Shown in pieces: positions 27,742-32,000 of a stretch of 32,000 nt of DNA. The translations under genes were made by a program, and so were the position numbers. Location: contig JBBISB010000001.1 in assembly GCA_037441475.1 (NCBI GenBank), forward strand, positions 246,418 to 278,417, written 5' to 3'. This DNA comes from Candidatus Iainarchaeum sp. GTDB taxonomy: Archaea > Iainarchaeota > Iainarchaeia > Iainarchaeales > CSSED10-239. Each line of letters opens with the position of its first letter. The stretch's first letter is position 1. The notes beneath the pieces are model-generated. The model was not told where the DNA came from, made no database searches, and was given only the letters and a program-made list of their open reading frames with translations.

Positions 27742-29193
27742 ATGGAACAACTATATTTAATCGAGTGTATTTATGAGAACGATAAACAAAGGGTAGTGAG
27801 CTTATTTTCAAAAGATCCTTACAGCAATAAATGTGACTTTACTTTCAAAGAAAGGTTTAACCCTTATTTCTATATTGACCTGCCAAAGGAACTTTTAAGC
27901 AAACTTTTATCTGATTTTAGAAAGGAGATTAAGATAGAAAAGATTTCCTCTGAAAAGATAAAGATTACAGCTAGAGATAAAGAAACCTTAGATAAGGTAT
28001 ACAAGGTAATCTCCTTTTCAACAGATAAAAACATCCTTTTAATAGAGAGTGAAAGACAATATTTAATAGAGAAGGAATGGAGTTATTATGACCTTTTTTT
28101 AATTATTTCTCAAAACAGAATAAAAAAAATTGAAAATAACAATGTAAGCTCAGTTGTTAGAAAGTATATAAGTCCTTTTTTAAAAGAGGAACAATTAAGA
28201 CTTATTGAAAAATTAACCAAAAAGCTTTTGTTAAGTAATCTTTTAAAAGTAAACCCAGCAAGTGTTAATAATCAAGAGATACTTAACACCTTGTTTGAAA
28301 ATCTATTTTTTAAAAACAAACTAGTTTTAAGTAATAAATCAAAAGTAGAATATTTAGAAAAAGAAAAAAACATTAAAGAAGGTATTAAAATGGATTTCTC
28401 AAACATCTGGCCATACCTTCTAACCAAAGACTTTTACAACCTGGGGCATGACTCCATTAACTGTGAATGTTGCATACCAAAGAACCATTTAGAGGTAAAT
28501 GTCCTTTCAAACTCCTTAGTTGAAGTTGTTTTTAAAAAGCAAGGTTATTACTTTATATCAAAGGACAGAGAATGGGGTTATAAGTATAATTTAGAGAACG
28601 AAGAAAAAGAAAATAGATTAAAATTTATGAAAAATAATTATCTTAAAGAAATTCCAGTAGGACCTTTCTATAAAGATCAAAAAGCAAAGATTCCTCTTTT
28701 AGATGCATTTAACCTTCTTTTAGAAGATGATAAAACCCTTACAAAAGATTATTCCTATCTTAAATGGTTCTGTCTTAAAGAAGAATCATACTTATCAAAG
28801 ATAATTAAAGAATATTTAAAGAAATTAAAAAATATTGAAACATTCATTAACCTAAGCACCTCAATTACCTACAACTCCTCTTTTAAAAATAAAAATGAAC
28901 TAGAGAACAACCCTCTCTTCATTCAGTACCTTACAGAGTATAAGCTAATAAATGATTTAATAGAGGAGATACCAAGGTTTATGGAGCATAGAAACACTAA
29001 GTTTTATGACCCTGTAATCTCTCAGGCAATTAAATATCTAAAACTTGAGATGGTTGAAAGAATAGATGTTGATAACAAAAGATATTTAATAGATAAGGAA
29101 AAAGTAATTGTTAAAGAAAAAAAGTTTATTGAAAAAGTAAACAACTATTTTCCACAAATAAACCTACCTATACCAAGGCTTATCTTAAATTAA
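27742..29193 (+). CDS. Uncharacterised protein with a possible B-family DNA polymerase N-terminal-like region; no exonuclease or polymerase motifs seen
   Basis: Clean 483-aa ORF. FTFKERFNPYFYIDLP...ISSEKIKITARDKETLDKVYKVISF...IESERQYLIEKEW resembles the archaeal PolB N-terminal pattern (FxPYFYxxL ... RYLIDKG). CECC cluster at GHDSINCECCIPKNHL. Confidence 0.5.
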   Translation: MEQLYLIECIYENDKQRVVSLFSKDPYSNKCDFTFKERFNPYFYIDLPKELLSKLLSDFRKEIKIEKISSEKIKITARDKETLDKVYKVISFSTDKNILLIESERQYLIEKEWSYYDLFLIISQNRIKKIENNNVSSVVRKYISPFLKEEQLRLIEKLTKKLLLSNLLKVNPASVNNQEILNTLFENLFFKNKLVLSNKSKVEYLEKEKNIKEGIKMDFSNIWPYLLTKDFYNLGHDSINCECCIPKNHLEVNVLSNSLVEVVFKKQGYYFISKDREWGYKYNLENEEKENRLKFMKNNYLKEIPVGPFYKDQKAKIPLLDAFNLLLEDDKTLTKDYSYLKWFCLKEESYLSKIIKEYLKKLKNIETFINLSTSITYNSSFKNKNELENNPLFIQYLTEYKLINDLIEEIPRFMEHRNTKFYDPVISQAIKYLKLEMVERIDVDNKRYLIDKEKVIVKEKKFIEKVNNYFPQINLPIPRLILN

Positions 29194-29202
29194 AAAAAAG
29201 AA

Positions 29203-29478
29203 TTACTTTGATAAAGTAATCTCAATTGCTGAAACCTTCATAGTGGTATTATTTTCAGTTGTAATCTCTTCTGTTGAGATGTTTATAGATACAACTTTTA
29301 AAGTATTAACAAATTTATTTTTAACAATCTCAGCCACATCAACAGCCTTTGAAATTGATTTCCCTCTTGCTTTAATAACCACACTTTCAGCACCTTGGTT
29401 AAACTGTGTTATCACTGCTAAGACATAGGACATTGTAACTTTTTTTCCAATATAGATAATATTTGTTTCATTTGACAT
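29203..29478 (-). CDS. albA: Alba family nucleic-acid-binding protein
   Basis: [51 protein letters not shown] is typical Alba. Confidence 0.93.
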   Translation of the reverse strand: MSNETNIIYIGKKVTMSYVLAVITQFNQGAESVVIKARGKSISKAVDVAEIVKNKFVNTLKVVSINISTEEITTENNTTMKVSAIEITLSK

Positions 29479-29593
29479 TTTAGTATCTATCATTCTTATT
29501 TCCCCCTTTTAACCTTTCTGGAAACTAGCATACATCTAAATAATATAATGAATAGAAAGTATTTAAAATAGTGATTATTTCTATTAAAAAAGA

Positions 29594-30802
29594 CTATTTG
29601 TTTATTTTTTCATCAATCTTTTTTAAAGAAAAAATAAATTTATCAATCTCTTCAAAGGTATTATAGAAATAAAAAGAGGCTCTTGAAAGACCATTTTTAT
29701 CAAACCTTGTAACAATTGGTTCAGCACAATGTACACCTGCCCTTGTTGCGATGTTTGACATGTCATCTAAAACAGCAGAAAGATCACTTGCATCAATTCC
29801 CTTAAGCCTAAACAAAAGTATTGGAGATTGTAATTTTTCATCTAAAGGATTAAACAGTTCAAGATTATCAATACTCTTTACCTTTTCAATAGCATACTTT
29901 AAAAGAGCCTTATCTTGTTTCTCTATGTTTGTAATTCCTACTCTTGAAAGATAATCAATGGCAGAAGATAAACCAAAGACACCAGAGATGTTTGGAGTTC
30001 CAGCCTCAAACTTGTAAGGAACATTGTTTGTTGTAAAGGAAGTTGTAGATACATTTTTTATCATATCCCCTCCAAACCTGAATGGTTCTTGAGACTCTAA
30101 ATTTTTTTTCTTTGCTATTAAACACCCAATGCCTGTTGGTCCAAGCATCTTATGCCCTGTGAAAACTAAATAATCACAATCTAGAGATTTAAAATCAAGT
30201 TTCATATGAGGAGCAGATTGAGAGGCATCAATCAAGGTTCTAGCTTTGTATTTCTTAGCTATGTTAATTATTTCTTTAATAGGTACAATGGTTCCTGTGG
30301 TGTTTGAAACATGTGTTATGGCTATTAGTTTTGTTTTTTCAGATATTTTTTTTTTAAAATCATCCAGGTCTAATGTAAAATTTTCTTTAATATCTACAAA
30401 CTTTAAAGTTAAACCAATCTTTTTAGATAAAAAAAGCCAAGGAACAAGGTTTGCATGATGTTCTAAAATTGAAACTAAGATTTCATCTCCTTTCTTAAAA
30501 TAATCTGAGTTGTAAAGAGAGTACATTACAAGGTTTATAGCATCTGTACTGTTTTGACAGAAAACTACCTCTTCTTCCTTAGAGTTTACAAACTTAGAGA
30601 CCTTTTCTCTACATCCTTCATAGATAACAGAGGCTATCATAGATAGCTTATGTATCCCTCTATGTATGTTAACAGGGTACTCTAAGTAATACCTGTTAAT
30701 ACCTTCAATAACCTCTCTTGGTTTTAAGGAAGACGCTGCATTATCAAAATAGATTACTTTATTTCCCTTTAAAACACTGAAGTCTTCTCTTAACTTTATA
30801 AA
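29594..30802 (-). CDS. sufS: Cysteine desulfurase, SufS-like
   Basis: IYFDNAASSLKPREVI, CQNSTDAINLVMYSL, HHANLVPW, DASQSAPHMKLDFKSLDCDYLVFTGHKMLGPTGIGCLI, FEAGTPNISG, TRAGVHCAEP. Confidence 0.96.
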   Translation of the reverse strand, partial: FIKLREDFSVLKGNKVIYFDNAASSLKPREVIEGINRYYLEYPVNIHRGIHKLSMIASVIYEGCREKVSKFVNSKEEEVVFCQNSTDAINLVMYSLYNSDYFKKGDEILVSILEHHANLVPWLFLSKKIGLTLKFVDIKENFTLDLDDFKKKISEKTKLIAITHVSNTTGTIVPIKEIINIAKKYKARTLIDASQSAPHMKLDFKSLDCDYLVFTGHKMLGPTGIGCLIAKKKNLESQEPFRFGGDMIKNVSTTSFTTNNVPYKFEAGTPNISGVFGLSSAIDYLSRVGITNIEKQDKALLKYAIEKVKSIDNLELFNPLDEKLQSPILLFRLKGIDASDLSAVLDDMSNIATRAGVHCAEPIVTRFDKNGLSRASFYFYNTFEEIDKFIFSLKKIDEKINK

Positions 30803-30932
30803 ATCCATACATATAATATAATACAATTATTTTAAATAGATTTTTATATGATAAATATATTAGATAAGACACTAATATTTATTAGAAAAATAAAGCCTTT
30901 AAAGAAAATTACTTCTTTTCTGAAAATAAAGA

Positions 30933-31005
30933 AGCTCGGTAGTGTAGTGGCCAAGCATGTAAGACTCTGGATCTTACGACAGGAGTTCGAATCTCCTCCG
31001 AGCTA
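30933..31005 (+). tRNA. tRNA-Gln(CUG)
   Basis: AGCTCGG TA GTGTAGTGGCCAAGCAT G TAAGA CTCTGGA TCTTA CGACA GGAGT TCGAATC TCCT CCGAGCT A; anticodon CTG. Confidence 0.95.
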
Positions 31006-31043
31006 TTTTTCTTTTAAAAAAGACATAAAAGCGTGACATACAG

Positions 31044-31673
31044 ATGAAAATCGGAATTGATATTGACAACACCATTGCACCTACATTTAAAACAATAATT
31101 GAATATTTAAATAAAAAATATTCTTCTAAAAAAAGACACAAGCATTCTAAAAACCCATCTGGATATGATTTGTTCCATTCAGATTTTAAAACCTTTTACC
31201 CTGATTGGAAGGAGTTTATAGAAAGTGATAGCCATCATGCCATGAAACCTATAAAGGGATCTGTAAGAGTAATTTCAAAATTAAGTAAAAAACATGAGAT
31301 TTACGTACTTACAGCAAGAGCAAGTTATCAAAGGGTATCAACAGTCTTTTGGATAGACAAGCATTACAAAAATAAATTTGAAGAAATCCTTTTCCTTGAC
31401 TACCATAACGATGATAACACCAAACCAGTATTTACAAAAGGAGATCTTTGTAAAAAATTTAAACTTGATGTAATGATAGAGGATGACTTTTTACAAGTTA
31501 TAGATATTGCAAACAAGAGCGAGGATACAAAGATATTCTTGTTTGATAAAAACAACCAGTATACCTGGAATAAAAAAAGACCACTTCCAAAAAACACAAA
31601 AAAAATAGAAAGTTGGAAGGATGTTGAAAGAGAGATTGAAAAGTTAACAAATAAAAGGACTACTGGAAAGTAG
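31044..31673 (+). CDS. HAD-superfamily 5'-nucleotidase-like phosphatase
   Basis: MKIGIDIDNTIAPT (DxDxT), HEIYVLTARAS, VMIEDDFLQVIDIA, IFLFDKNNQY. Confidence 0.85.
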   Translation: MKIGIDIDNTIAPTFKTIIEYLNKKYSSKKRHKHSKNPSGYDLFHSDFKTFYPDWKEFIESDSHHAMKPIKGSVRVISKLSKKHEIYVLTARASYQRVSTVFWIDKHYKNKFEEILFLDYHNDDNTKPVFTKGDLCKKFKLDVMIEDDFLQVIDIANKSEDTKIFLFDKNNQYTWNKKRPLPKNTKKIESWKDVEREIEKLTNKRTTGK

Positions 31674-31899
31674 AAATATTTATTTCTTGATTTAAGTCAT
31701 TATTACCATCTGTATTTTCATCAAAAATACCCATGTTCTGTGTTGAAGAAGAATCTTGAATTATTGAGGATGAAAAATCTTCCTCTACAGAAACTTTTTC
31801 TAAAGCCAGGTTCTTTTTTGCAAGAATAGCAATGGTAATTAGAAATACAATCAAAAGGGCTAAGGCAATAATTATTCCTAAAAATAGTTTTCTATTCAT
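31660..31899 (-). CDS. Small single-pass membrane or secreted protein
   Basis: MNRKLFLGIIIALALLIVFLITIAILAKK plus a Ser/Asp/Asn-rich tail. 3' end overlaps the HAD gene by 14 bp. Confidence 0.45.
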   Translation of the reverse strand: MNRKLFLGIIIALALLIVFLITIAILAKKNLALEKVSVEEDFSSSIIQDSSSTQNMGIFDENTDGNNDLNQEINISTFQ

Positions 31900-31908
31900 G
31901 GTTAAATA

Positions 31909-32000
31909 TCACATCATCATAAACTTAAATATCTCTGGTGCAAGAGATAATGCTTTTTTGTTAAGAAGTATCTTTGACATAAAGACAGTGGGATAATCCA
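31909..32000 (-). CDS. 3' end of a protein gene continuing beyond the window edge, function not determinable
   Basis: Open reverse frame DYPTVFMSKILLNKKALSLAPEIFKFMMM* up to the window boundary. Confidence 0.35.
   Translation of the reverse strand, partial: DYPTVFMSKILLNKKALSLAPEIFKFMMM

Noticed and set aside
30346-30355. 10-nt A/T run inside sufS as another slippage site
   Set aside because: The run is in frame (DFKKKIS) and the gene is intact. Used only as a control showing that long runs are not always broken.
25194-30458. Plus-strand ORFs 25194..25625, 29243..29428, 29751..29954, 30246..30458 and minus-strand ORF 31400..31597
   Set aside because: Antisense shadows of the GT2, alba, sufS and HAD genes.
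30848-31036. 62-aa plus-strand ORF overlapping tRNA-Gln(CUG)
   Set aside because: It runs straight through the tRNA gene and its C-terminal half is a translation of the tRNA. Spurious.
1-32000. CRISPR arrays, insertion sequences, prophage or restriction-modification modules
   Set aside because: No regularly spaced direct repeats, transposase, integrase or terminal inverted repeats were seen by eye. Only the PIN/antitoxin-like pair is defence-related.

Overview
AT-rich archaeal chromosomal segment. The archaeal signature genes are GatD/GatE, thermosome, Alba, TldD/TldE and a histone-fold protein; the compact layout and short divergent membrane proteins suggest a DPANN-type lineage (inference). 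I support about 30 protein genes and four tRNAs: Ile-UAU, Ile-GAU, Gln-UUG and Gln-CUG. No CRISPR array, transposase, phage module or clear defence island is visible. Three signals stand out. (1) Several membrane or surface genes are each split by frameshifts or in-frame stops, while neighbouring housekeeping genes stay intact: an HMA metal-transport protein, a pilin/propeller fusion, a cation:proton antiporter, one copy of a two-copy membrane coiled-coil family, and a sulfatase-fold enzyme. (2) There is an apparent tRNA-Ile(UAU) whose body nearly matches tRNA-Ile(GAU), where most archaea use tRNA-Ile2(CAU) plus agmatidine. (3) There are uncharacterised proteins and one candidate structured non-coding region: a membrane coiled-coil family, a possible stand-alone PolB-N-like protein, and an acidic-tailed histone-fold protein beside an acidic micro-ORF. 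Nothing here proves a new system. The most testable lead is the clustering of gene-breaking lesions in surface genes, which could be phase variation, slippage, decay or assembly error.
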